A DNA stretch of 61,365 bases, filler included. It is 4 parts of 4 records of this genome, joined end to end, with 100 filler letters (N's around TTAATTAATTAA, not from the genome) between each part and the next. Parts side by side here need not be neighbours in the genome. Positions count along the whole stretch, not along the records: positions 21,313 to 34,244 come from DRR378314_611; positions 34,345 to 55,133 come from DRR378314_614; 2 more parts are not named here. One strand, given 5' to 3'. This document shows, piece after piece, positions 24,601 through 36,422 of this stretch. The first letter of the stretch is position 1, and every line of letters starts with the position of its first letter. The notes under the pieces are model-generated. The model worked only from the letters and a program-made list of their open reading frames with translations, was not told the DNA's origin and made no database searches. The translations under genes and the position numbers were made by a program.

Positions 24601-27600
24601 CGGGCGATGACCGCAGCGGCCCCTTGGAGCGCGTTGTGCTGCAGCTGAGGGACGCGTGCGGCAACGCAATCGTGCCCGATGCGAATCCGTGGACGCTGCA
24701 GCACTTGCAGGGCGTGCGTGTAGTGGCGACCGGGGAGCACCTTCGTGCCCCGAAAAAAGCCCCTCCGGACGACGCGGGGCTGTTTGTGTTTGAGCGCGCC
24801 ATTCGGCTGCGCGCGTCATCGCGCGGCCTCGGCGCAGTGGAGATCTCCTTCGCCACAGAAGGGACAAAGGACACCGCGGCGCTTTCGTGTACAGTCGAGG
24901 TCCCGCTGGAGGGTGGTGCGGAGCCGAGTGCGCTCGTTCTTTCCTTGGAATGCGAAGACGGCGATAGTGTCCAGGCGACCGGCGGTGCAGACACAGACGA
25001 AGACCTCCAGATCGTGTGCCCGTGCGGCTCGGAGCTCCGCGGTATTCGCGCGGCGCTCGTAGGCTGGGCGAATACCGCCAGCCAGCCTCCAGTGCTCGAA
25101 ACGTCTTGGTGTGAGGAGACTGTGGAAGTTGATGGGCAGGGGGGCGCCGTACTGCCCGCCCTGCACGCACCGTCCGGTGTTCGCACGACGCGGTTCGAGG
25201 TGACGTGCTCTGCGTTTTCGCAGCGGCTTACCGCTTCGTTTAGCGTGCAGACGCAGCCGGGCCCGCCGGAGCGCTTTTCGGTAGTCGAGGGCGCGTGCAC
25301 AGCCATTCCGTGCGGCGCAAAGTTTGAGCTCCGCTTTACTCTGCTCGATGGGATGGGGAATGTGGTGACGACTTCGTTCGATGCCGACGTCGTCCAGCCC
25401 ATGGTCGAGGTCGACCCGTGCGACGCGAGCGGGTCGGCATCGCTCGACGCGGAAACGCGCCGCCTCGAGTGCTTGGACCTGCCATCGTGGTCGCTCCGTC
25501 GCAGCAGCAAAGGGGTGTACACCGTGTCGCGTATTGCACTGGCAGGTGTGGCAGGGCCGATTGCGCTGCGTGTCAGAAACCGCGGAACGGCCACGATTGC
25601 AGCTGCCTTGCACCGCCTGGAGCTGCTACCTGGGCCGCCCGAGTGCGTCAAGGTCAACGGCGCCTTTGCTGCGGAGTTCAATGTTGGCGCTGGAGACATC
25701 CTGCCTCCGTTGCGCGTGCAGCTCTACGACGATCATGGAAACGCGTGCATAGACGACGACATCCCAGTCTCTCTCGTGGTCCCTCGCGGTCTCCGTCTGC
25801 GACAGGTTGGGAAGGGCAAGGCTCTGCGTTTGAAAACCGATGGCGGTATGTGCGAGTTCACCGGTCTAACCGTAGCGCTGGGCCGCGCGACCGATGTGGA
25901 CGCAGGCGCGTCGTTTGACATATCCATCGAGGCGCCGGGTACCACAGAGTCCGCGGTGGTACGGCTCCACGTGCAGACTGCCGACCAAGAGGAGCACGCG
26001 GTCCAGCAAGCTGCCGTGGCTTCATCGAGTCAAGCGGTTGTGGACTCGCAGCGGCGACTTACTTCTGATGGCATGCAGACAGGGGAGTGCGCGCCTGCCT
26101 CTGCCGCCGGTGGGACTGAGGCTGCGCCGCATGCAGAAGGCGAAGAGCTTTGCGACGCGTATAGTCAGGGCGCGCGCGAAGCCCTTGCACGCTCACGCGC
26201 TGCCTTGGCTGCCGAGGCTGCGCGCTTGCGGTCTGACATTGCTCGCCTGGAGTCTGAGCAAGCGCAGACCTCATCGAGCGGGGAGAAACGCGCGCACGCT
26301 GAGTCGCTGACGAGTTCTGAAAGGGAGAGAATGGTCGACGCCCTGTGCAGCGCGGACGGCTCCGCCGGCGACTCGATTGCCGATCTGCTCGCACAGGCGC
26401 GGGACGAAGCTGTGCCTCCGGCGAAGCTCCTCGCCGCTCTCGACCGAGCTCTGATTGCTCTCCAAGAGGCTCCCCGTCGTCCGGCAGTATCAGGCGCAGA
26501 TGCTACGGTAGAGAAAGCGTGTCGGGTTCGCGGAGCCGCTGGGAGTGGCATCCTCGGCACCGTTGCGTCGCTTGGCTTCGTCGCGGGCGATGACCAGCTC
26601 GACGAGCAACTTGCTGCAACGGCCGGGCGCTTCATGTCGTGCATTGTTGTCACCGGCCGTGTGGCTGCGGATAAAGTGCGCAAGCGTCTCCGCGATACAC
26701 AAGGGCGCGTCCAATTGCTTCCTCTTGACAATGTGCTGCCATTTCCAGGCGAACTCACGGAGGACGGTCTGCTCCCGCTGCTGCCTCCGACGTGCGCGCC
26801 TGGCGAAGAGCCTGTAGGATTCCGCGGGTTTGCCGTGAATCTTGTACACCTGCGTGCCTCGCAGCAGCATCTGCGCAGCACAATGCTGTGGAATCTCTTT
26901 GGTGACTCCATGGTGTTTGACGAGTACCCCAACGGGCTTGCGTTCCGCAAGCGCTGTCTCGATGCGAAGAAACGCTGTCCGAATATCATAGCCCTGGATG
27001 GCGAGCGCGTGGAAGCGCGCGGCGTTGTGTACGCGGGAAAGAACGCGCGCATCACCACGGAGCTGCGCTTCGGCGATCTTCCGGTGGAAGAGGATCCCAC
27101 ATGCCTTTCGCTTCAGCGCGGACGACGCATTCTCGTTGCTGCAATCGGTGAGCACGAGGAAGGTGAAGGCGAGCCGAGCAGCGACAATGAGGCCGACGAG
27201 CGCCTTGCGGCGCGCCTCGCGAAGCTGCGCGAACAACTGGACAACGTACAGGCACAGCTCGACCAGGTGCGGTCGCCAGCACTGCGCGACGATCCTTCGC
27301 GCTGGCCGTGCAGTGCAAGGTCGAATCGTTTCGTGCGGCTTAGTGCTACAGCACAGGTCCTGTCGAGCTTTCTCGCCAACGCAGTCGCAATGATCTGTTT
27401 GGGTCTACGTCTGTTCCCGGCGCGCTTGTACTGCCCTCCGCGGCAGCAAAGAAACGGAGACAACTCGAACTCACCAACGTTCTGATTTGGAGTACTTACA
27501 AAACTAACGCATTGCGATTGTCTTGCGATATCTGCTTTTTGTGTGGCGCTCTTTGCAGGCTCAGCCAGCAGGAGAGGAATCTTCCCCTGACAGTCTTCCC

Positions 27601-27860
27601 GAGAAATCAAATTCACAAGGTACGCGTTTCGCCTTCTCCCAGCTGTGCGGGCAACGTTGAATTTCCGCACGGCGCGCGTGCTCACCGCCATTTGAGCGTG
27701 CGCGTGTACAATATTGCTGAATGCAGAACGCAAACGGCGCGGCAGTGGCGCCGACATTTCCGCCGACGAGCGTGGCAGCGCCAAAGCCTCCGGCGACGAT
27801 AGCGACGACACCGCAGCAGCTTCCTCGCGGAGACCGCGGCGCCGACGGAGAAAACGATAG
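21661..27860 (+). CDS. SMCHD1: SMCHD1-like protein (GHKL ATPase + transducer/BAH-like region + Ig-like linker + coiled coil + SMC hinge), 5'-truncated
   Basis: Exon 21661-22065 carries the GHKL motif LSSAFSRYGVGSKRAVFNIG. A long exon to 27266 carries TYHFYVHGPRGN, FEVFWLGRLLP, CYRRVRGFMFLNSEFEVTQNKL, WLERCHSSLDEDIVF, repeated PG(P/E)P linker motifs and the hinge GILGTVASLG..DTQGRVQLLPLD..LFGDSMVFD..CPNIIALDGERV. Two small exons then end with a basic NLS-like RRPRRRRRKR and TAG at 27858-27860. The motifs match SMCHD1 motifs recalled from memory, in the same order. Confidence 0.85.
22216..22239. repeat. (TG)12 microsatellite, probably intronic in the SMCHD1-like gene
   Basis: Twelve TG units between the GTACGC donor at 22066 and the downstream acceptor. 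Confidence 0.9.
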
Positions 27861-28481
27861 TGTGAACGGGCCTGTTCGCGAGTGGCGGACGCCCTTGTAT
27901 TTTGCTGGTTCGCCGGAGGCGACAGAGCAATGTGTTGTACGTGGCAAGCGCTATGCTTCGCACACGGTATGTACAGTATGCGGCGCACTACCCTCCTCGC
28001 GACATATTCTTTGCCGCTGTTGCATCCTATAGTCGTGCCGTACAGCACGTGCTTGTGCAAGCGTTCGTTTTCCCCACAGAGAGGTTTGTGTGAATGCTTT
28101 GCCGTGCGCTTTGCGGAAGTGCGGAGAAATCCCAAAGAAAATGGAAAATGGATCATACATCGCGACGGATTGCCTGCCGCAGCGCGCAGCGTGCGCTTCC
28201 TCGCGCGCACCACAGCACCGTCGCGCCGCGGGAAACCGTGGAGTACGCGCGGGGTACGTGATCACAGAACTGCAACGAGGGGGATTGTTTTTTCCTCGGA
28301 GACGCAAACAATGCATCAGGGTAGCAAGTATATTCTTCAGCCGGGCCCACGGATGTACAACCGACACGAGGGGATCCGCAAACAGACGAAGAAACAAAGA
28401 AAGAAATCGCCGCCCTGCGCACGACACCTACCGCAGTGGGCAGAGGCAGCGGCGGCGGCCGGGTTTGCGAGCAATCAGAGC

Positions 28482-29967
28482 TTAGTCGCACTTGTCGAAC
28501 AGGTCACAGTCGCCCCACGGGAACTTCTTGGCCCTAATGATTGGCAAAACACATAAATGGAGGCAGCAGAAAGAGCAGGAACGAGTCGGTCAGAGAAGAC
28601 GCTGTCATGCACATAGGCACGGGGATACGAAGAGCAGGGAGCCGAGCGGACGGCACCGCTGCGCTGCGGGTGAGCAGCAAGGTAGACTTCTGCAGCGGCA
28701 CCGGTGCGAACGTGGCAAAGCCGCCTGCGTGCGTGACGCACCGAATACGCAGGTACGAGTACTCCGGCTTCGCGTGCTCCTCGTGATGACCGCCGAACAT
28801 GTTGACAACAAACAGCACGCCAACAAGGCCAGCTCCGGCCATCGAGATGCGCTTCCACGAGTTCATGGTAGCTGCATTCCGAGACAGGCAGCACAAGCAG
28901 CGACGGCGGCGGCGACGGGGTGGTGGGTCAGCGGCGCTTCGTGCTCGCACACGGCGCGCGGAGGGGCCCTACACCGCCGCATGCAAGCGGCGGAACGGGA
29001 GCAGGGAGCAGAGCTGCCGAAGAGCAACGCACACGCGTTCCCATTCGCTTACCATATACGGTTCAGCGCAACCATGAGAAAACAAGATTGTATATGACGG
29101 CGAATAGCAATTGGTTCCCCCAACAGCGTGCCGGCCAGCGGCGCGGCCAGGCGCACGCGGGACCCACACGCACCGCGCGGCGGCGCCGCTTCACCGCGAA
29201 CGTTCTACAGGCGGACGCGCAACGCCTGCGCTAGTGCTCGCACACCGTGCACGGCGGCGGCGCTCTGCAGACGCATAGGTACCGTGCTTATTCCAGACAA
29301 TCGCTAGTTTTCATTCTCACTTCCTTCATATACAGCCCTGCGAGCGAAATTACTGCCCCAAACAATCTTTTGTGGCAGTGGAAAGAGAAATGGATCGCCC
29401 ACAAAGTGCGGCAAAGCTATCGCTCGGTGTTGCCGATACAGCCTAGGTGGAGAAAGCCACCAAAAAGCACTTTGAAGCGCACAGTGCGCGCGTGGCTCAT
29501 TCCAACCGGCGCTCCCTGGTGGCACGACGCACCGCAGCAGAGGCGCTTCGTAGCAAATACGCTCCCTGAGTGCTACTCTGTACTATATAAGCTTTCCGTG
29601 TCGAAGCCTACGCGCGCGCTCCCCACGCAACAGGCAGCGCGGCTTGTCGCAAGTCTGTGCGCGCGGCGCCTGCGCGCAAGCCGTGCGGCGAGCGGGCGCC
29701 AACACAAGCGCATCAGTGCTCGCCGCACCTTTGACCATTGACAGTCCGCCGCCAGCCAGCCACGCATCTTCGCGCGTGCGGGCAAAGGGAGAGAAAAAAA
29801 AACGAACTAAGAACGCTCCCCTACGAACCGCCATAGGGCACGCAGAACACACCTACATGCTCGGCATCATGGGCCGGGTTGGTCTTCAGCGAGAGGTCGA
29901 CCATCGTGCGGCGCGGCACGGCGGCCACGCGGGGCACGGCACGGAGCGCGGCGCGTCCAAGAACCAT
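28482..29967 (-). CDS. COX6A: Cytochrome c oxidase subunit 6A (Cox13), 3 exons, with mitochondrial presequence
   Basis: MVLGRAALRAVPRVAAVPRRTMVDLSLKTNPAHDAEHV|ATMNSWKRISMAGAGLVGVLFVVNMFGGHHEEHAKPEYSYLRIR|AKKFPWGDCDLFDKCD*. It shows the WKxIS helix, one TM segment and the YLRIR.K.FPWG..DLF signature. Splice phases are consistent. Confidence 0.9.
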
Positions 29968-30363
29968 TGCTTGATTTCCTCGTCGGCCTGGCGGAACCCG
30001 AGAGTTTCGCAGCGAGACAGTGAAGCGTCGCGCTGCAGATGAGCTCGCGCTCCGCCCAGAGACGATGCACCGCGCGAAGACACATAGAGGATCCTTTACT
30101 CTTAACCCTACCTCGCCAGACACCTTTGAAAGCGGTTCGGTAAATAGGGTTATACAGTGCTCTTCTCTCGCGCGCGCTCATGCGAAAGCGCTTTGCGCAA
30201 GAGGGATGCCCAACGCATCGACGTTTCATTGATGCGCTTCGCGTTCACGGCTCTCCCGCAACAGCTCCGTAGATTTGCCTCACCTCTGGACCGTGTCATA
30301 AGTGCGGCGGCCCGTAATTTCCGTTTCTCTCTTGCTCGTCGCTCTGTGTTCTACATCCACAGA

Positions 30364-33300
30364 ATGGAAGCGTCCGGGGAAGCAGCACGTGTACGACCTC
30401 TGCGATACGAGCTTCGCCTAGCACCAGACCTTGACAAGCGCACTTTCCGTGGACACGTCGCCATCGATGTCGACATTGAAGCGCCGGCAACAACCATTGA
30501 GCTGGCCGCTGCGGAACTGGAATTTCTGGAGACCTCTGTGGTCGGAGCAGAGGTAACAGGAATCAAGCACGACGAGGAAAATGAGACGGCTCTGCTGTCG
30601 CTGAGCGGCGCTGTCGAGGGCCGCTCGCGCGTAGAAGTGGCTTTCACCGGTGTGCTCAACGACCAGATGCGCGGATTTTACGCCTCCGAAGTCTCTGAAA
30701 CCGAAATTATTGCCACCACACAATTCGAAGCACCAGATGCGTACGTTGTGCAGTGCACGTCCTGTGCCTTGATGCAGCCCAGGGCCGCCCAAGTGCCGGC
30801 TCCCCCTCTACAGAGTAAGTGGCTTCCCGCGGTCACGCGCGAAGCAAAGCGCGCACGCGAGCGTCACTGGCAAGTCTGGGAAGCAAGGCTCCCAACTAGA
30901 GTCCATGGTTGAATTCCCGAACGGTATGGCATCAGTGCGTGGATGCACTTCCTCTCGCTTCGAAAGTCGAGTCTTGTGGGTGCGGCTCTGAGCAGCGCAC
31001 CGTGCCTGCTGTGATTGCGGTTGTCTCTGCCGCGCTTGCAGCCGCCGCGCGTTTCCATGCTTTGACGACCCGGCGAAGAAGGCAACCTTTGCAATATCCC
31101 TCGAGGTGCGTCACAACGACCACATATTGTGCGATTGTCGGCGCCATGTGACTTAATGGGAAAGAATTATTTTTTGCTAGTACTGGTTGTTCACGTAGGA
31201 GGCATTCTTCGGGTTTCCGCGATGCAGCCGCTCTGTGCGGAGTGAACGCGGTGGTCCGAGCCCGCAGCGCTGCACGACGCACCAGTCGAACGCGGCGCGC
31301 TGACCACCGCGCTCATGGACTCGCCGGCAAAAAGTGCAGGTGGATAATGCACTACTTGCGCTCTCAAATATGCCAGTAACATCCGAGAAGCCCAGCGACG
31401 CGGAAGGGAAGCGCATCGTCGAATTTGCCGAAACACCGCTGATGTCCACCTACCTCGTCGCGTTCATTGTCGGCAAGCTCGAGTACATCGGCGCGCGCGC
31501 TCCGAGCGGCGTCGATGTCCGCGTGTACACCACTCCCGGCCGCTCGGAGCAGGGCCGATTCGCGCTCGATGTCGCCGTGCGCGCGCTAGAGTTCTACGCC
31601 GAGTACTTTGGGATTGAGTACAAGCTTCCTAAAATGGACCTCGTTGCGATCCCTGATTTCGCCACGGGGGCCATGGAGAACTACGGCCTCATCACGTTCC
31701 GCGAGTCGGCTCTTCTCGTCGACGACGCGAATTCTGGTGCTGCGACGCGCCAATGGGTGTCAATGGTGGTCACGCACGAGATCGCCCATCAGTGGTTTGG
31801 TAATCTCGTCACCATGCAAGTACGTCGTCCCGCTGTGCGTGTGCTCTGCGTGTACGCTTGAGTGCTTCAGAATGTGAATTCGCCCCACCACTGACACCCG
31901 GGAGCACGGAACGCTGCAGATGATGCGCTGCTGCTACTGCACGTGCGCACATGTTCGTGGCCGCGCATCTCTACATCCATCGCTGCTGTTGCGATTGGTG
32001 TAAGTCGAAAGCGTCTCTGGGGTTACCCCAGAGCGAATTGAATACCACACCTGCTACAATAACTGCACTAGAATTCCGGTTTCTTTAATTCGCGGCAGCG
32101 CACGCATAGCGCAGTTCTCATACTCGGTAGCTGTACACACTCTCTGAAGATGATTCCTTCTCGCCCACGAAACCGTTCTTTTGACCGGGATTGGTTTTGA
32201 ACTGGGAGAGCATCTCCGGCTCTGTAACACGGTCGCAGCGTCCACGTGCTCCGCTGTGTTTCTGCTACTAATAGTTCAGTTGTTGGCTAATTATGCTCTT
32301 CATTCATGCCGCCGTGCCGATAAACTTATCCGATGATTTTTCTGCGTTCCTTGCGCGTTTCGGTGACCTTGCGCGCTGGGCGGTGCGCTGCAGTCGTGGA
32401 AGCACCTGTGGCTGAACGAAGGCTTCGCCGTCTGGATGGAATGTCATTGCACGGCGAATCTGTTCCCGGAATTCGAGATGTGGACGCAGTTTGTAAACGA
32501 CAACGTCTCGCCTGCTCTCGCGCTGGATTCCCTCGAGACGACACATCCGATTGAAGTAGATGTGACACATCCGAAAGATGTAGACGAGATCTTTGACGAC
32601 ATCTCGTATTGCAAAGGCGCCTCGATCGTACGCATGGTCGTGAATATGCTCGGAGATACCGCATTCCGGGATGGAATGCGTGAATACCTGCAGAGGTGCG
32701 AAACGGAAGTAGCTTCATATAGAGAAGGGTAATCAGGAAGTGGAATTATGGCTGCAATGCGGAGCCTTGAGGCGGCTGGGGCGGGAGAAAGCGGCGAGCA
32801 CGGGCGCTCGCAGGGAGTCGCGCGCGAGAGGGCGTGATACGGACTCCGTCGCCACTCGCCCGACGCGAACCGCTGCGATTGTGCCTGACACCACGAGGGT
32901 GCCGCGTACTTGACGATGCTCGTTCATATGAATTCTTGCGCCTGACTACGTAGACACGCGTTTGGAAACGCCGCCACTGAGGATCTCTGGTCCGCGCTCG
33001 CGTCGGTATCCGGTGTCGACGTCGGATCGACGATGCGGTCGTGGACGGCGCTGCCGGGTTACCCGCTCGTGACGATCTCCACGCAGCGAGAAAGCGACTC
33101 CCAGACGCTCACCATCAAGCAAGAGAGATTCTTTGCCGATGGACGCACCCCTGATACATCGTCGTTGTGGCATATCCCGCTGCGGATTGTTGCGATCGGC
33201 GATGGTGGTGTGGAGACGGTGTTCGACGGGATTGTCAGCGACGCCTGCACGACCGTCACCGCGCCGCTCGACCGCGTGATCCTCGCAAACCCGAACTGCG

Positions 33301-33659
33301 CCTCACTCGTGCGCGTTGCATACGCAGAAGATCTGCGCAACCAGATCCAGAGCGCGCTGGCACGCGGTGCGCTTGTAAATGCACTGGATCGGTCTGGCGT
33401 TGTCTCGGATGTTTTCGCGACTGCACAGGCTGGTCGCGGCGGCGTGTCGCTGCGCGATGTTTTGCAAACGGTCGATTCCCTGCGTGACCACGAGCGCAGT
33501 CGTGTCGTGTGGCGCGACGCCGCTGACCAGATCGGCGACCTCGACGCCGTATTTGCCGGGCACGACGTCTATCCGCTCTTTGAGCGGTGGGTCCGCCACC
33601 TCCTCGTGCCCGTTCGCGACGCGGTGGGATGGGAACCGGAGCCCGACGAGTCGCACGAG
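30364..33659 (+). CDS. M1-family (puromycin-sensitive-like) zinc aminopeptidase, 3'-truncated by contig end
   Basis: Spliced motifs TQFEAPDA|RRAFPCFDDP, ALSNMP, FAETPLMSTYLVAFIVG, GAMENYGL, HEIAHQWFGNLVTM, LWLNEGFA and EIFDDISYCKGAS. Confidence 0.94.
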
Positions 33660-34244
33660 GTGCGGTTGCGCGCACCGCGCGACAGCGCACTCGCGCACGA
33701 GCTCGCCCCTCTGCAAAAGGAAGAGCGTGCTCGCGCATAACCAATAGTAACAATTTCCTATCCAGATGTCATAGGTTACGCATATGGGTGTCATAGATGC
33801 TCCATGGCTCTCGCTGTGGCTCTTCTATTGGCTGCGCATGGTCCCCTGTCTGTGCGCTGCATCGCGACGAGGAAGTGCGTGATGTGCAATCGATGTCGCG
33901 GGAAGTGTGTGTAAGAGCATTGTACGAGCTGTTCGGAACGATGCTGAGACGATCAGCACGGGCTGCTGCTTTGCATTAGCGTTGGACCTGATTCTGCGCA
34001 CCGAGTAGATGTTGTAGTACGAGGATTAGGTCGGTGTTTGCCATTGGTTGTTGGACCGTACGTACTTTCCAGTGGCACTTGATGAGCGGTTGATCGTTGT
34101 ACATTGCAAGCCGTTTATCGGTAGCCGTTCGCTGGTACCAGTTGGCAGGTGGCCGTTACGAGGTAGTCGCGTGTTATTCGTCAGTCGCCCATTGCCTCGA
34201 TCGCTTTGGCTTCATTGTCCCTCGTACTGCTCTAAAATTGAATC

Positions 34245-34344
34245 NNNNNNNNNNNNNNNNNNNNNNNNNNNNNNNNNNNNNNNNNNNNTTAATTAATTAA
34301 NNNNNNNNNNNNNNNNNNNNNNNNNNNNNNNNNNNNNNNNNNNN
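34245..34344. other. Artificial contig linker N44-TTAATTAATTAA-N44
   Basis: Same 100-nt six-frame-stop spacer. Confidence 0.98.
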
Positions 34345-36422
34345 GGCGGCCCGCGACTTCCTTGAGCGTTGCCTTTCACAAAACGGAGCTCGGAAATACT
34401 GTTTTACAATTGCCATCACATACGCTTTGCCTTCCGAGGAACGAATTAGGCGCGCGCGTGCGTGCGCGAGCGAACACTTCAATATCGCTCATTGGTTTCC
34501 GAATCTCATCCAATGCAGTTGCACTCTCATACGGGTTTCCGCCATGGCAGACACGCACGTACACGGCGAAGATTACAACCTCATCATCGTCGGCCCCTGG
34601 TCGCCAACCGAAAAGCGCTCCACGGAGCGGCGCGTTCCCAAGGCGCACTCGCACACCACCGCGTGAAGTTGCGCCACTACTTCTGAATCGCTGCGACGTT
34701 GGTCCGCGCTGTAAACCGCCCGGACAGTCCGTGTGAGCTTAGCCTCTGCAAGGTGCGAGCACGTATGTGACGCAAAGTGCTTGCGATGTACGACTACTGT
34801 GAATGGCGGCGCAAGCTTGGCAGAACCTCCTGCCGAGCAGTGTGCAGAATGCCCCGACTTGCCCCCGCAACACACCGGGGCGTGGAACGTGGCGCTCTGG
34901 CAACTTTCGCCACAAGACATCATCACCTCGCCAAGACAAGCACGTCACATCACGCTACAGAGACCATCATAGGTAGAAACGAATATCGAAGGGAAATGAG
35001 CATTGCTGTGCCATCGCCCGCAGCGCGATTTGCTCGAATGCAGAGCGATTGCTTGCGCCAGGCACCTTTGGCCCACACAGCGCACCAGGGACGAATGTAC
35101 CCCGATAGACCTGCTTCAAAAACAAAGCACAGATAAAGCGCGTAGACCTAACCCTCAGAGGCAGGGAAAGGAACTGTCTACTGCAGGGACACAAAATCGG
35201 CGTGGCAATCATGCGACACTCTGGTAGCAGCGCTGCAATGGCGTCCATTGCAGCAGCGGGAACAAACGAAAGCGCGGCGCCACAAAACTCTACAAGGGGA
35301 AAGAGCGCCACTAGCGATCCATGCGCACATCGCGATTCTTGAGCGCGTGGCTCGTTTGCCGCCACCGCACAAACCCCTCCTTGCCATGCCGCTCCTCCAA
35401 ACATCAGAACGCCTGCGACTGGCTGCACAGATAGCGCCCCTGCGCACTCCAGTGCAAGCTGCAAACCAGGGTTAGCTATCGGTCGCAGCTGCATTCGAAC
35501 GTTCGGTATGCAATGGGAACGGATATATGTGGGCGGTTCTTCTACAACAGTAGAATCACCAATCTCGCTTCACGGAACGCACGTGTACAGCGCTGGACCA
35601 AGCAAGTAAGGAGCGCCTCCTAAGGAGCGTCTCGCCGGGAAAGAACACGGTTGGATGGGTCTGCGCGCACCCAGTCTCCCAGTCGCGAGCCAGAGCAAAG
35701 GGGGCCTTGACCAAGGTACCTTCCATCCCTCCCACACAAAGAGCACCGAGCGCCGCGCACAGCCGTGCAAGCTCACGGGAAACTCGACCCTATGTACCTC
35801 GGATTAGGCCGCTTCGTACGCGTAACCCGTCCAATTCACCCAAGAGCTGGATTATGTGGATTATTCTGAGACAGCAGTCGTTGCACCGCCACGGGCAACC
35901 TCGAAAGCAGCACAACACACAGTGCCGTGCGTCGCCTTCCCCATGCACCAGTGGAAAGCTCGGTGCACACACGCACGCGGTGCTGTCCATTGTAGCCCCC
36001 TTCTGCTTCATACACACGTTTGTCGCTCCATCTTCAGAGCATTCATATAAATCGCACGTAATCCATAGAAACAGAAACCGCGGGAGCTTTACACGATTCG
36101 CACGCGTGTTGCGGATGGGATGCCGTCGTGCACCCCGCGTGCAGGATTGCGCTTTGCCCGCTCGGCGTCGCAGCGCACCGGCGTGCCCGTGCGATAGCGA
36201 GTGCACTCTTTTACATATCCTCTCCTACTACCACCACAAATGCACGATACAATTTTCATTCGTGTGCTCTTATTTGCATCGATTTCACTGCTGCGCTGCA
36301 GCCGCGCTTGCAGCTCGGTGTCGCCGCCACTGAAGGCTGGGATTTTCTGGCAAAGCTGCTACGCAGGCCAACAACCAGCCGGAGCAACAAGTGCTCCGAA
36401 CACATCGACACACACACCCACC

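Noticed and set aside
23265-28213. Long minus-strand ORFs (284, 517, 311 and 366 aa) opposite the SMCHD1-like gene
   Set aside because: Antisense shadows with low-complexity translations.
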